A stretch of DNA of 64,000 nucleotides from positions 186,001 to 250,000 of the forward strand of contig NIVC01001075.1 in the NCBI GenBank assembly GCA_002269645.1, written 5' to 3'. The DNA comes from Macrostomum lignano. Taxonomy: Eukaryota. Below, one piece after another: positions 1-14,200 of the stretch. The notes under the pieces were generated by a model. It had not been told where the DNA came from and did no database searches. It worked only from the letters and a program-made list of their open reading frames with translations. Numbering within the stretch: position 1 is the stretch's first letter; each line of letters starts with the position of its first letter. A program made the translations under genes and the position numbers.

Positions 1-594
1 GATGACGGGAAGACAGCGGTGGTAGCGGTGGCGGTGACAACAGCTGGACGCAGCCCGTTGGACGCTGCAACGCGCTGACACCATCGCGGATTGCTGATCG
101 GCGGTACATTGTTTGATTCTTCCCAGCTGCCACTGTGGACTTCTCATCCCAGATCTTTTCCAGTTGGCGATTGTTGTCTAGATTCTTTAAATCTCTCTCT
201 TATTTTTCTCTTAGCGAATTATGTGAACACAGGCCCCGGTCAGCCAATGACTGTTGGTCTTCGACTCTCGTTCACTTTCTATCTAACAGCCCGAGCATTT
301 GGAGACTTTTCGACAGATCCTGCAAACACGGAAATTTCCAACCTTGAAGGACGCATCTGCGAATTCACGTCAAATAAGAGAGAACACGACAGCTACTGGG
401 ATAGAAGATAGTTAAGACAGATTCTTGGACGTACTCTGGAGATGTCCTGCAGTCAAAGAGACTAATGAGCAAAGCTTGACGTGTTCATGTTCGTTTGTTT
501 TTTTAATTCTCCGCTTTAATTTGCAGAGACGGGTCTCGTTCTGCTACGGATTGATCAAAAAGAATACGAGAGTCCGTGTACGGACCCCAAATTA

Positions 595-655
595 ATTTGA
601 CCAAGCCGCGGACTCGAACCCCAGGAAAGCGCCTGATCGTTGACCACCTATAAGG
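595..655 (-). mobile_element. possible tRNA-derived SINE head
   Basis: Minus strand reads ...TATAGGTGGTCAACG...GGGGTTCGAGTCCGCGG: a perfect Pol III B-box with a weak A-box-like motif upstream. Too short for a tRNA cloverleaf. Confidence 0.25.
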
Positions 656-1159
656 CTTGTGCAAGACAGCTCCTTGCCCTAATACTCAGCGTTGTCTCAA
701 TATTTTTCGGCTGTTTCAGTTATCTTCAAAGAATTTCGGTTTGCTTTTAACAAAATCTTGCGCAGCAGATAAGTGCGCAGTGGCAGGTGAAGAGAAATCT
801 CCCATTTTTCTCCAAGCTCCAAGTTTTTTTCAGAGTTTTCCTTTACTTCTTGTGTCCGCTATTCAATTTTTTAGCACACGCCAGTTCACGACAATTTCTT
901 CCCACTTGTACCGATCTGGGACTGGAAGTCTTCGAGTGGCATTTTGCAGATATCCCACCTGCTGGGAAGACTATGCCTTTGCTTCTCTCTGCGTAAAACT
1001 GCACCATTTCCCATCCGTACGGATTCCTTCAGGTCGACTTTGGCGATTTGACGATTTTCAGTCGCGGCTTCTCTGAACCTACAAGTTTACGTATATCCTT
1101 CTAATTCGTACTTTCAGTCATTCTCCACGTTCTCCATCTGGTTTAGCTAGCAGCTTAAT

Positions 1160-1606
1160 GCACAGATACTAGAATAACTAGATGGGCCACTCAGCGCATA
1201 TGCGTGTAAGCTACTTTCAGTTCAGTAGTGAGTTAAACAGAAGCTTTTAATTGTATTTTTAAAGCCCAGGCTCAATTTTGGCTCTTACCCCCAGCTTAAA
1301 CCCTCCAACCGGGCCTTTCCACACTACCCCCGCCCCGCCCCAAATTTTATTGCCTTTCTCGGACTTCCAGCCTAAATCGGCTATGTACATTTCAGTGGAC
1401 TGGCCAATGTACATTATTGCTGAACCAATTAGCAAGTTGTTTACGCCTGCAAGCTTGGGCTTCTAAACTTATCAAAGTCATTTCAGCTGCCTTTATTTTT
1501 ATGAAATAGTTTATGTATTCTTCTTTGCTACTGAACTGAAAGTAGAAAGCTGTTTTACTAAGTATATATGCCTGAGTGGCCCAACTAGTTATTTTAGTAG
1601 CTGTGC
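1160..1606. mobile_element. MITE-like non-coding element with ~70-bp imperfect terminal inverted repeats
   Basis: CTACTTTCAGTTCAGTAG (1211-1228) is the exact reverse complement of 1528-1545. AATAACTAGATGGGCCACTCAG pairs with 1572-1593 (1 mismatch). Outer GCACAG/CTGTGC ends lie next to TTAA on both sides. Confidence 0.55.
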
Positions 1607-2894
1607 TTAATTTAATGTCTTATAAAAAATCTATATGCGAGCGTATCTTCTAGATAAAAGGGTCATCTCATATCTGACTCTCTGTCGTTCGGTTATTTTC
1701 TACCCTATAATAGCGAACTAGCATCTGGAAACTGAAGCCGATCCTGCAGCTTTCTCGACACTGAAGATTTCTAATAATAAGAACAAAACTTGCAGAAAGA
1801 CCCTGGCGCAACGTCTTCTGCGATATCGTTCCACTGCCAACCAGCTCTGACGGCAATTCTGCCCTGGTGACTTTCTAATCGTCAGGCATGTGCAGTCTCT
1901 GTGCCTTGTGTACGTCACTTTTCGTACGTACCACTGAGCTGCCCGCCCCCAAAGAGATTCCTAAAAAGACATTTATTTAGGCCGGGAAAGTTCAGCTGAG
2001 ATACTAAAAGTAACAACATGCGAATTTTTAAGAAGCATTTTTTTAAATTCGATGCCAATGAGCGCTTTATAGTAATTATCTACTGAACATGCACCAGCCT
2101 ACTGATAGTAAGAACAAGCGATTTTTTCGCAACTTTTAATGACACGACTACAAAAATGTCACTTCAAGATTTGCCCGCCGACTGTCTTGAAATGTTTTTT
2201 GTCAGCAGTTTTTGTTGGGAAGACTTTGAAGAAAAATTTGACTGAAAATCTTTATTTCAGGGATCAGACTGATGTCGCACTTTTAAACTATTGCTCAGCT
2301 TCGTCCCTCATCTCTCATTTTCTTTATCTCATTTTCGCCTCGGCTCATCAGACGGGGTCCTTATCTGAGTCTGCCCGCACCCACCCACCTCCCTCTCTTC
2401 CCTACCCTGCCGTTCATTTTCTTTCGCCATTTATTGAGAGCACGGTGGGCGAGCCAGCGACTGCAAGAAGAGGGTAGACATGTTCCGTGTAATTCTTGCT
2501 CTTGAAAGTCGTCCATATATGAGTAGAAGTATTACTAATTTATTAAATAATATACCTTAGGCTTCAGTAAGATAGATATGGATGGGTGGGTGGATTTACT
2601 GACGAAGGTGCTTGTAGGCGAACGCAATGTTGGTGTCCTGGCGTGCAAGGTGGGCGGGGATCTCTAGCCCAGAGCAAGCACTAAAACCGTACCGGGGTTA
2701 AGGCAGTCCATCACGCAACTGAATTTTGGGATTTTGGCTCGGAGGGATATTTAAGATGTAATTGGCAAGGAAGGCTTCAGGGCGAACACGGATGAAAGGA
2801 GTTGAATTGAAAAGCTGCGCAATATTGAATCGCTGGGAGGCGGGGCACTTAAGACAGTGGATAAGATGTGCGTGTAACAAACGCGTCACTGCTA

Positions 2895-3768
2895 GTGTCA
2901 GTAGTTTGTGTCAGTAGTTTGTGTCAGTAGTTTGTGTCAGTAGTTTGTGTCAGTAGTTTGTGTCAGTTGCTTGTTTCAGTAGTTTGTGTCAGTAGTTTGT
3001 GTCAGTAGTTTGTGTCAGTAGTTTGTGTCAGTTGCTTGTTTCAGTAGTTTGTGTCAGTAGTTTGTGTCAGTAGTTTGTGTCAGTAGTTTGTGTCAGTAGT
3101 TTGTGTCAGTGGTTTATGTCAGTAGTTTGTGTCAGTAGTATGTGTCTGTAGTTTGTGTCAGTTGCTTGTTTCAGTAGTTTGTGTCAGTAGTTTGTGTCAT
3201 TAGTTTGTGTCAGTGGTTTGTGTCAGTAGTTTGTGTCAGTAGTTTGTGTCAGTAGTTTGTGTCAGTAGTATGTGTCAGTAGTTTGTATCAGTGGTTTGTC
3301 ATTAGTTTGTGTCAGTAGTTTGTATCAGTAGTATGTGTCAGTAGTATGTGTCAGTAGTTTGTGTCAGTAGTTTGTGTCAGTTGCTTGTTTCAGTAGTTTG
3401 TGTCAGTAGTTTGTGTCAGTAGTTTGTGTCAGTAGTATGTGTCAGTAGTTTGTATCAGTGGTTTGTCATTAGTTTGTGTCAGTAGTTTGTATCAGTAGTA
3501 TGTGTCAGTAGTATGTGTCAGTGGTTTGTGTCAGTAGTTTGTGTCAGTTGCTTGTTTCAGTAGTTTGTGTCAGTAGTTTGTGTCAGTAGTTTGTGTCAGT
3601 GGTTTGTGTCAGTAGTATGTGTCAGTGGTTTGTGTCAGTAGTTTGTGTCAGTAGTTTGTGTCAGTAGTTTGTGTCAGTAGTTTGTGTCAGTAGTTTGTGT
3701 CAGTAGTTTGTGTCAGTAGTTTGTGTCAGTAGTTTGTGTCAGTAGTTTGTGTCAGTTGCTTGTTTCAG
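2895..3768. repeat. 13-bp minisatellite (TGTCAGTAGTTTG)n
   Basis: Direct tandem array seen in sequence, with variants TGTCAGTTGCTTG and TGTCAGTAGTATG. Confidence 0.97.
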
Positions 3769-3970
3769 TTTCGTAGCCTTCTATTTCTGTTTTCTGTTTT
3801 CAGAAGGCTACGTCGACCGCCTTTTTGAAGATGCGCGAGCACCCAGCCAGGCGGCCGGTGTGAAGCACATTAGAGACCTAGCTCTGAAACGCGCGATTTG
3901 ACGCTCCCCCCTTTTGGCCACTTCTGTGGCTGGCATGGGGCGTAACTATTATTATTATTATTATTATTGT

Positions 3971-4135
3971 AGTTTGTGTCAGCAGTTTGTGTCAGTAGTA
4001 TGTGTCAGTGGTTTGTGTCAGTAGTTTGTGTCACTGGTTTGTGTCAGTAGTATGTGTCAGTAGTTTGTGTCATTAGTTTGTGTCGGTGGTTGTGTCAGTA
4101 GTTTGTGTCAGTAGTTTGTGTCAGTAGTTTGCGTC
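3971..4135. repeat. second block of the 13-bp TGTCAGTAGTTTG minisatellite
   Basis: Same unit as 2895-3768, separated from it by ~200 bp of unique sequence. Confidence 0.95.
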
Positions 4136-4168
4136 AGCAACAGAAACTGCACAGCCAGCAGGACTCAC

Positions 4169-4270
4169 CGTGTTGCAGGTGTCGATCCGGGTGCCGCAGT
4201 TCAGGTAGTCCAGCACCTTCGCCAGATTGCCAGCCCGGGCCACTCGTAGGAAGTTCTGACTGGGATCCGC
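4169..4270 (-). CDS. Ank: canonical ankyrin, internal exon encoding the start of ANK repeat 1
   Basis: 102-nt phase 0/0 exon (ttttttaag|GCG ... ACG|gtgagt) encoding ADPSQNFLRVARAGNLAKVLDYLNCGTRIDTCNT. Matches the ankyrin N-terminal motif xDxxxSFLRAARAGNLxKVLxYLxxGxDINTCN (ANK1/2/3, unc-44). Further exons lie left of the window. Confidence 0.9.
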
Positions 4271-5316
4271 CTTAAAAAATTGAGTGTGATTGTATAAGAT
4301 TTTTTTGGGATTGCTAAAATTGTACTTCGATATCTGCACATTTTAAGCAACATCGTCACACAACCGGCGAGAGGCATCGCTGCCCATTCCGCCGACTCCC
4401 CTGAGCAGGCACACAAGCGCGCGGATACGTACGCAGTCACACGCACAGGCACACAGTCACACAGGAGTGTACAGTGGCCCTAACTGTATTTATCGTTAGG
4501 CATGTACGCTTCAAGGGTGTTAATTGCACGAGCAGAGCCAAGCCGAGATTCCAATTTAGCTCTAAAATTAATGTGACTGCACTTGGAATCGAGCCTGGGC
4601 CGCCCCTAAAGCGATCTTGCTCATGTTTGGATGAATCTTTACACGCTGGAGACACATTGAGAAGCAGAATAGCTGGGAGAAACTGGGACGCACCAGCAGC
4701 TGCAAGCGTGCAAGTCTAAATCGGTCTTGCCCTCCCTGAAACTTTCCCAGGTCAGCTAGTAGGGGAATTTCACTACACCAGAAGCAGAACGCCTTAACAC
4801 ACTTTAAAAAACGTACAAACACACGTGCTAGCGGACGGCCAACAGATGCTAAGAGGCATTGGGGCCAGCTACAGAACGAAAGAGTGATGAGGAATAGGGA
4901 GAGACTGGGGAACAAGGAAAGTAGTTTTGCCCGATGCCCAGGCCGAGGCCACTGCTGCAGTGAAACCCAACACTGATGGGACTGCAGGGTTGGCCGAAGT
5001 AGCATTGCCTAACCAAGCCACTGCTACCGTGCTGGCTGTGTGCTGTCAAAGTGTTCCACAGCGGTTGCGGTTGCAAATCCGCTTATACACTTCCCGTTCC
5101 TTCCCTTCCCCCACAGGCGCTGGGCGAGATCAACGGCCGTGTTAATTTTGCTCTCCAGTGTCTCCCTATCGTTTCTGTATCTCCTGCACAGACTGGCTTT
5201 TGTTTGACCACCAGAAATTGAAAACTTTCCTTTACACCGTAGCCTAAAATAGCAGAATCCGTTCCTGCCTGCGCAGCCTGCAGGGCTTGGCCATAGACAT
5301 AGCAGCGGCTAAGGCT

Positions 5317-5605
5317 CAAGGACCACTGTAGCATAACAGGATCAAGGACCACTGTAGCATAACAGGATCAAGGACCACTGTAGTATAACAGGATCAAGAA
5401 CCACTGTAGCATAACAGGATCAAGGACCACTGTAGTATAACAGGATCAAGAACCACTGTAGTATAACAGGATCAAGGACCACTGTAGCATAACAGGATCA
5501 AGGACCACTGTAGCATAACAGGATCAAGGACCACTGTAGCATAACAGGATCAAGGACCACTGTAGCATAACAGGATCAAGGACCACTGTAGTATAACAGG
5601 ATCAA
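5317..5605. repeat. 26-bp minisatellite (CAAGGACCACTGTAGCATAACAGGAT)n, about 11 units
   Basis: Direct tandem array. Confidence 0.97.
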
Positions 5606-5703
5606 CGACCAATTTGATCCTGTATAAGTACCTGTATAACTGTATAAGTACCTGTAATACCTGTATAATTCCCTAATTCATATTGAACCATTTTGACTCT
5701 CAC

Positions 5704-5727
5704 CTGTTGAGCGACAGTGTTTCCCAT
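5704..5727 (-). CDS. candidate first coding exon A of the ankyrin gene (MGNTVAQQ)
   Basis: ATG GGA AAC ACT GTC GCT CAA CAG|gtgaga. The phase-0 donor is compatible with the phase-0 acceptor at 4270. Splice-signal inference only. Confidence 0.3.
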
Positions 5728-7613
5728 ATGTGCAGATGCAGTTCTTATATTCTTTTAGAGTCACAAATTTCTTTTATTTTAGTAAAAATATATTCAAAGA
5801 AATTGTCGAAAAAACGAGATTAGCTGCTTGCTCAAAGAAAGTCCGAGCAAAAAAGGTGAGGAGACAAAAGCTTTCTTCTCCTAGCCGAAATAGTAATTAT
5901 AATTCTCGCCAGGCGGGAAGAAGAAAGATGCTGAGCTGAGAAAATACTTTAATAGGTCACTTCGGGTAAGAAACAGGCGGATAAAAAGGCGCTTTTTAAA
6001 GGTCCTGCTTGGATCTTTTGCGGAGCAGCGACTTCTCCGAATTTTGCTACTCAAGCCCCTTTTCTCTCTGTCTCTCCTCTCTCCTTCTCTCTGTCGCCTT
6101 CGCGACTCGCTCCGGAATAAAAAACTTTCCCAGCAATTGACGTGATTCACCTTAAAAGATCCAGGAGGAAAACAGGGCGGAGGGATGCCAACAGGAAGAA
6201 TTGGACGCAGGTGCTACCTGGGAGCGGCAGCAGCGGAGGCGGGTGGAACTGCCGGAGTTCGACCCCTCCCCTAGAAGGAAAAATAAGAAAGAGGCGTATT
6301 GGGGGCCTAGCTGCTATCTGGGCTGCGCCTTCGGTAAAAGAAGATGTTCCGCACACTTTCGGCTGATAGGGAGAAGACAATTGCGGATATCCGTGTCCCT
6401 TGGACGATTTTTCACCAACACAAATTTCCTCGAGCTTCGCTTTTTTGTTATACTGAACAGCATTTTTTTCTCTGGGCAGAAGCTGGCCGTCCATCTCCCT
6501 GACCCAGCTGCGCACGGATTGTGCTGAATCAGTACATCAGTACACGGTGGGTCGAACTCTGGTTGGACAGGGAGGGGGCTGTGGCTCTGGGGTGCATTCG
6601 GCCAAGACAGTAGCAGCAATTTCTTCGTCAAAAGTTCAGCGGAATCTTCCATCACTGTCTTGTGCAATAAATGACTGCGCTGGACTATGCTACGCTGCGC
6701 AACATCAAAGATGGGATTGCTTCTAGAAGAGAGAAAGAAAGCGCTGTTCGAAGCGCTGTAAAGCCTTCCAACCGTCAATTAATTAACCCCAGATTCCAAT
6801 TATAAAGCAGAGCGCAAGACCCAGCCGTCATAATAAACTGTTATTGCAGGCCGTACAGAATTGGAATACAAAATCTATGGAAACAATGGAGGGAAGTCAC
6901 GAACGCCTCACCGGCTTCTGCTGTTGCTGTTGCCGCAAGTCCCTTGCTGCTTCATTGGCAGCAGCCATGTTTAGCAGCTAAAAGCAGCCAACTGAATTAT
7001 TTCTTCGACTTCGCTACTTGACAATTGTTTAACAGACACGTCAGGACTCCAACGCCTTTGGGATGCTTTTTTTACACAACATCCCCGCGTATATACGCCA
7101 TTCCTACTCACTGTACGGAGTGGCGAGAAAGTGTGGTTGAAACGAGCGGATCGGGATACTGAGCAGGCATGTACTTGCTCAGCACACTCTCTGTGCCAGT
7201 CTGGGGGATTGGGGAGATGGCGAGACAGGGAGAATCCCACTTTCTTCCCGAGCCAGTCTACCTCATTCCCCCGCTGTCGTCTCCCTCGTCTCGCTCGCAT
7301 GGGCTCACCCTGCTTTTAGTCTGCTCCAGTGGCCTCTCTCAAGAGCCAATCCTTTCTTTGCAACACGCTTTCTCCCCGGCACTAATGTGTTTCTTTTTTG
7401 GCTCAGCTCAGAGCCGGAGAACAGAGTAAGAGAAACAACGGATGTCATGAAATGCTGAATACGCGGCAGCACCAGCAGGAGGACTGAATGCTTGTACAAT
7501 GGCGGTTGCCTCTGTTGGTGTCAAGCTGGAAGCTCTCACACAAGCTCTGGATTGCCAAGACACCTGCCCCCCCTCCTATGGGCAAATGATGGCACCTGAA
7601 CATTTAATTAAAT

Positions 7614-7615
<2 letters not shown>

Positions 7616-7656
<41 letters not shown>

Positions 7657-7663
7657 GCCTGCC

Positions 7664-7744
<81 letters not shown>

Positions 7745-7747
7745 GAC

Positions 7748-7804
<57 letters not shown>

Positions 7805-7937
7805 TTGTGTCTTAGTGTCTGTCTGTATTTGTGTCTTAGTGTCTGTCTGTCTTTGTGTCTTAGTGTCTGTCTGTATTTGTGTCTTAGTGTCTGTCTGTCT
7901 TTGTGTCTTAGTGTCTGTCTGTCTGCCTGCCTGCCTT
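7616..7937. repeat. (GTCT)n/(GCCT)n microsatellite
   Basis: Direct tetranucleotide array. Confidence 0.98.
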
Positions 7938-8468
7938 AATTACTCAATTCGCTCTAATTAGTGTCAGACACATGCTCTCCTTGACTATTACCCTACTTCC
8001 ATCCTTCAATTATTCGACAAACTCATCTGTCAGCGGACAGGCTGTTGCAGAGAGGCAGCAGATGCCTCTGAGGCAGCAGCAGACCCTCGCACCGACACCC
8101 CCACCCACCCGCCTCACTGTAAGACCTCTTGAGCTGCCCTAATTCAATACTTGGACTGGGAATCGCCAGCGTTTGGGACAGCAACGATAGAATTGAGAAG
8201 GAAGCAAAGTCAGCGCTAGTGAGTTCGGAAACAGTTGGAGCAGAGGAGAACTGAAATTACAGAGGCGCTCAAAGTTCATGGGAAGTTATATAAAATTAAT
8301 TGGTATTATTTTGTATAGACTGTACGCTGATATAGATGGCTACAATTATTCTGAAGTTTTTCGAATTATCCGAGCTGCCGCTCAGTTGGTTGTCATATTT
8401 TTACTGCACTGTGCATGAGACTGAATTGACTGGGCTCGCTTGATATGACTGCAAAAACAGAAATGTGT

Positions 8469-9372
<904 letters not shown>

Positions 9373-9911
9373 TCTGAATTTCGCATCCTGCTCAGAGCTG
9401 CGTACAGCATGAGAGCTCAAACTCAATAAATATTGGATAAACACTCACCATACTAAGAGCTTTCGGCAGAGATGTTTTTCTCACCCAACCGCGCCTCTTG
9501 AATGCAGCAACTGGCAGCTGCGACTGCCAAAAAAATAGTCGCCTCGCGGTAAAAAAGGCAAATTATTATGAAGAGCAGAGAGACAGAGTGAGATCCGCAG
9601 CAACTTGCCAGCAACCCCCAGGAAGTGTGACACCAAATTTCTGCATTTCCTGCCCCAGCCTACACAGCACTCCGACAGTCAGTAATCCCGGATCAGGGCG
9701 GCTCTTTCTTACGACCCGCCTGTCTGCTGTATCGATCAATCACCAACCTCCACTCCGCCAGCCTCTGATGAGGTGCCAACTGCTCTTGCCTGGCTTGATT
9801 CCAAATATCTTCCGAATCCAAATCTCTGTCAGCTCAAGCTTAGGCTTGAGACAAATCTCTTATTAACTCTCGGAGTATATTGCGGCCAGCTCTATCACTG
9901 TAACTGAGCAA

Positions 9912-10630
9912 AGTCTCTCTGAGTCTCTCTCTGAGTATCTTTGAGTGTCTCTCTGAGTCTCTCTCTGAGTATCTTTGAGTGTCTCTCTGAGTCTCTCTCT
10001 GAGTATCTTTGAGTGTCTCTCTGAGTCTCTCTCTGAGTATCTTTGAGTGTCTCTCTGAGTCTCTCTCTGAGTATCTTTGAGTGTCTCTCTGAGTCTCTCT
10101 CTGAGTATCTTTGAGTGTCTCTCTGAGTCTATTTGATCTCTCTGAGTCTCTCTGAGTCTCTCTGAGTCTCTCTGAGTCTCTCTGAGTCTCTCTGAGTCTC
10201 TCTGAGTCTCTCTGAGTCTCTCTGAGTCTCTCTGAGTCTCTCTGAGTCTCTCTGAGTCTCTCTGAGTCTCTCTGAGTCTCTCTGAGTCTCTCTGAGTCTC
10301 TCTGAGTCTCTCTGAGTCTCTCTGAGTCTCTCTGAGTCTCTCTGAGTCTCTCTGAGTCTCTCTGAGTCTCTCTGAGTCTCTCTGAGCCTCTCTGAGTCTC
10401 TCTGAGTCTCTCTGAGTCTCTCAAAGTATCTCTGAGTCTCTCGAAGTATCTCTGAGTCTCTCTGAGTCTCTCTGAGTCTCTCTGAGTCTCTCTGAATCTC
10501 TCTGAGTCTCTCTGAGTCTCTCTGAGTCTCTTTGAGTCTCTCTGAGTCTCTCTGAGTCTCTCTGAGTCTCTCTGAGTCTCTCTGAGTCTCTCTGAGTCTC
10601 TCTGAGTCTCTCTGAGGTTCCCTCTGAGTC
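9912..10630. repeat. 34-bp unit array (9912-10125) followed by 10-bp (CTGAGTCTCT)n
   Basis: Direct tandem arrays. Confidence 0.97.
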
Positions 10631-11080
10631 TCCGCGGTCATCGCAAATCTCATTCAACTTATTTTAATCAAAGCTCAAGCAAGTGTACGAAACCCAGAAG
10701 TATTCTTCCTTAAAAATCGATTTTCAGAAGGCCTGCACCCGAATCTCGATCTCTGAGTCTTCTTATATTGCCCGAGGGCAGATGGGCTACTCAGCTACTC
10801 AATTCAATTGAGTTCGGGCCAAGATGCATAGAGAAGGCTGCGAAATCGAGATTGAAATTGAAGTCCTGGTCTTTTTTATCCGGGCTACAAATCAGTTGGG
10901 GAAATTGTAGATCGTATAGCGAGGGGATTTGAGCAGAGGAGAGAGGAGTGTCTCCTGAGCAACTAGTCGTATTTCTTTGATTTACTTGATTGAAGTTCCG
11001 CCATCTCGAGTTGAAGTTATCCCGTGGAGACCTGTACTTTGGTGAATTATCCAAATAAGGCCGCTAAAATTTTCAGAAGG

Positions 11081-11370
11081 AGTCTTTCTGAGTCTCTCTG
11101 AGTCTCTCTGAGTCTCTCTGAGTCTTTCTGAGTCTCTCTGAGTCTCTCTGAGTCTCTCTGAGTCTCTCTGAGTCTCTCTGAGTCTCTCTGAGTCTCTCTG
11201 AGTCTCTCTGAGTCTCTCTGAGTCTCTCTGAGTCTCTCTGAGTCTGTCTGAGTCTCTCTGAGTCTCTCTGAGTCTTTCTGAGTCTCTTTGAGTCTTTCTG
11301 AGTCTCTCTGAGTCTTTCTGAGTCTCTTTGAGTCTCTCTGAGTCTCTCTGAGTCTTTCTGGGTGTCTATT
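11081..11370. repeat. 10-bp (CTGAGTCTCT)n
   Basis: Direct tandem array, same unit as 10135-10630. Confidence 0.97.
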
Positions 11371-11394
11371 AGTGTCTCTGAGAGACGTGGTGAG

Positions 11395-12590
11395 AGGTAG
11401 GGAGCGAGATAGGGAGATAGGGAGAGAGATAGGGATAAAAACAGTGAGAGAGATAGCGGGAGACGTAGGGAGAGGGAGAGATAGGGGGAGACGTAGGGGG
11501 AGAGAGATAGGGGGAGAGATAGGGAGAGAGAGAGAGATAGGGGGAGAGATAGGGAGAGAGAGATAGGTGGAGAGATAGGGGGAGAGATAGGGGGAGAGAT
11601 AGGGGGAGAGATAGGGGAGAGATAGGGGGATAGATAGGGAGAGAGAGATAGGGAGAGAGATAGGGGGAGAGATAGGGAGAGAGAGATAGGGGGAGAGATA
11701 GGGTGAGAGAGATATAGGGGGAGAGATAGGGGGAGAGATAGGGAGAGAGAGATAGGGGAGAGATAGGGAGAGAGAGATAGGGGGAGAGATAGGGGGATAG
11801 ATAGGGAGAGAGAGATAGGGAGAGAGATAGGGGGAGAGATAGGGAGAGAGAGATAGGGGGAGAGATAGGGTGAGAGAGATATAGGGGGAGAGATAGGAGG
11901 AGAGATAGGGAGAGAGAGATAGGGGAGAGATAGGGAGAGAGAGATAGGGGAGAGATAGGGAGAGAGAGATAGGGGAGAGATAGGGAGAGAGAGATAGGGG
12001 GAGAGATAGGGGGAGAGATAGGGGGAGAGATAGGGGTAGAGATAGGGGGAGAGATAGGGGGAGATAGGGGGAGAGATAGGGGGAGAGATAGGGTAAGAGA
12101 TAGGGGAGAGATAGGGGGAGAGATAGGGAGAGAGAGATAGGGGGAGAGATAGGGGGAGAGATAGGGGGAGAGATAGGGAGAGAGAGATAGGGGGAGAGAT
12201 AGGGGGAGAGATAGGGGAGAGATAGGGGGAGAGATAGGGGGAGAGATAGGGAGAGAGAGATAGGGGGAGAGATAGGGGGAGAGATAGGGGGAGAGATAGG
12301 CGGAGAGATAGGGGGAGAGATAGGGGGAGAGATAGGCGGAGAGATAGGGAGAGAGAGATAGGGGGAGAGATAGGGGGAGAGATAGGGGGAGAGATAGGGA
12401 GAGAGAGATAGGGGGAGAGATAGGGGGAGAGATAGGGGGAGAGATAGGCGGAGAGATAGGGGGAGAGATAGGGGGAGAGATAGGCGGAGAGATAGGGGGA
12501 GAGATAGGGGGAGAGATAGGGGGAGAGATAGGAGAGATAGGGGGAGAGATAGGGGGAGAGATAGGAGAGATAGGGGGAGAGATAGGGAGG
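11395..12590. repeat. purine-rich 11-12 bp (GGGGGAGAGATA)n-type array
   Basis: Direct tandem array with variable G runs. Confidence 0.97.
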
Positions 12591-13065
12591 CAGAAAAATC
12601 ATTAGAGAAAGAGCTCAGCTTGACTTGCACACGAGCACAGAACAGATTCAGTACTGCAAAATAATATTGTGTAACACGAGCGGAACCCGCACGAGACTCA
12701 TGACTTCATATGCATGCATACTGTGTGATTCCAGCAGCGCAAGTCTCCCTGGCTGTCTCAGTCTATCACGGGGCTGAGGCTGGCCCGAAAGCAATTCTAA
12801 TTCGATAGAACGACTCTCGGAATCATGATTGATTAGACCTGCCCGAGGCATAGCGGTCCTATGTAAGGCTATGAACCTTACAAACTATTATTATTACCGT
12901 CTGGTGTGCTCTGGCATATGCCTCGATAAAGCCATTCTCTATACATTCAGTTCGAATTCTTGCCGCAGTTCATTGTCCTGCATCTGGGATCCAAGTTGCC
13001 AGGAACTTAGGAGATTTATCCCACTTGAAAACGATGGGGTGAGGCATGAGAGACACGGGAGGTTG

Positions 13066-14200
13066 AAAGATGATGGGAGAGAGATGATGGGAGAGAGATG
13101 ATGGGAGAGAGATGATGGGAGGGAGATGATGGGACGGAGATGATGGGAGGGAGATGATGGGAGAGAGATGATGGGAGAGAGATGATGAAAGGGAGATGAT
13201 GGGACGGAGATGATGGGAGGGAGATGATGGGAGGGAGATGATGGGAGAGAGATGATGGGAGAGAGATGATGGGAGGGAGGTGATGGGAGAGAGATGATGG
13301 GAGGGAGATGATGGGAGAGAGATGATGGGAGGGAGATGATGGGACGGAGATGATGGGAGGGAGATGATGGGAGAGAGATGATGGGAGAGAGATGATGGGA
13401 GAGAGATGATGGGAGGGAGGTGATGGGAGAGAGATGATGGGAGGGAGATGATGGGAGAGAGATGATGGGAGGGAGATGATGGGACGGAGATGATGGGAGG
13501 GAGATGATGGGAGAGAGATGATGGGAGAGAGATGATGGGAGAGAGATGATGGGAGGGAGATGATGGGACGGAGATGATGGGAGGGAGATGATGGGAGGGA
13601 GATAATGGGAGGGAGATGATGGGAGAGAGATGATGGGAGAGAGATGATGGGAGGGAGATGATGGGAGGGAGATGATGGGAGGGAGATGATGGGAGAGAGA
13701 TGATGGGAGAGAGATGATGGGAGAGAGATGATGGGAGGGAGATGATGGGAGGGAGATGATGGGAGGGAGATGATGGGAGGGAGATAATGGGAGGGAGATA
13801 ATGGGAGGGAGATGATGGGAGGGAGATGATGGGAGGGAGATGATGGGAGGGAGGTGATGGGAGAGAGATGATGGGAGGGAGATGATGGGAGGAAGATGAT
13901 GGGAGGGAGATGATGGGAGGGAGATGATGGGAGAGAGATGATGGGAGAGAGATGATGGGAGGGAGATGATGGGAGGGAGATGATGGGAGGGAGATGATGG
14001 GAGGGAGATGATGGGAGGGAGATGATGGGAGGGAGATAATGGGAGGGAGATGATAGGAGAGAGATGATGGGAGGGAGATGATGGGAGGGAGATGATGGGA
14101 GGGATATGATGGGAGGGAGATGATGGGAGGGAGATAATGGGAGGGAGATGATAGGAGAGAGATGATGGGAGAGAGATGATGGGAGAGAGATGATGGGAGG
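13066..14200. repeat. 16-bp (GATGATGGGAGRGAGA)n
   Basis: Direct tandem array. Confidence 0.97.

Noticed and set aside
2698-2889. Minus ORF with H/C residues reminiscent of a non-LTR retrotransposon tail
   Set aside because: No RT or RNase H motif nearby; similarity too weak.
3804-3901. Possible plus-strand terminal exon (ttttcag|AA GGC TAC...GCG ATT TGA)
   Set aside because: Only an acceptor and a 32-codon frame; no homology recognised and no partner exons found.
5317-5605. Regular 26-bp repeat resembling a CRISPR array
   Set aside because: Units are directly adjacent with no unique spacers; eukaryotic context; no cas genes.
5881-6778. Cluster of overlapping 70-150 aa ORFs and an inverted GAGTTCGACCC pair
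   Set aside because: No recognisable domain, no tRNA cloverleaf, and no consistent coding frame.
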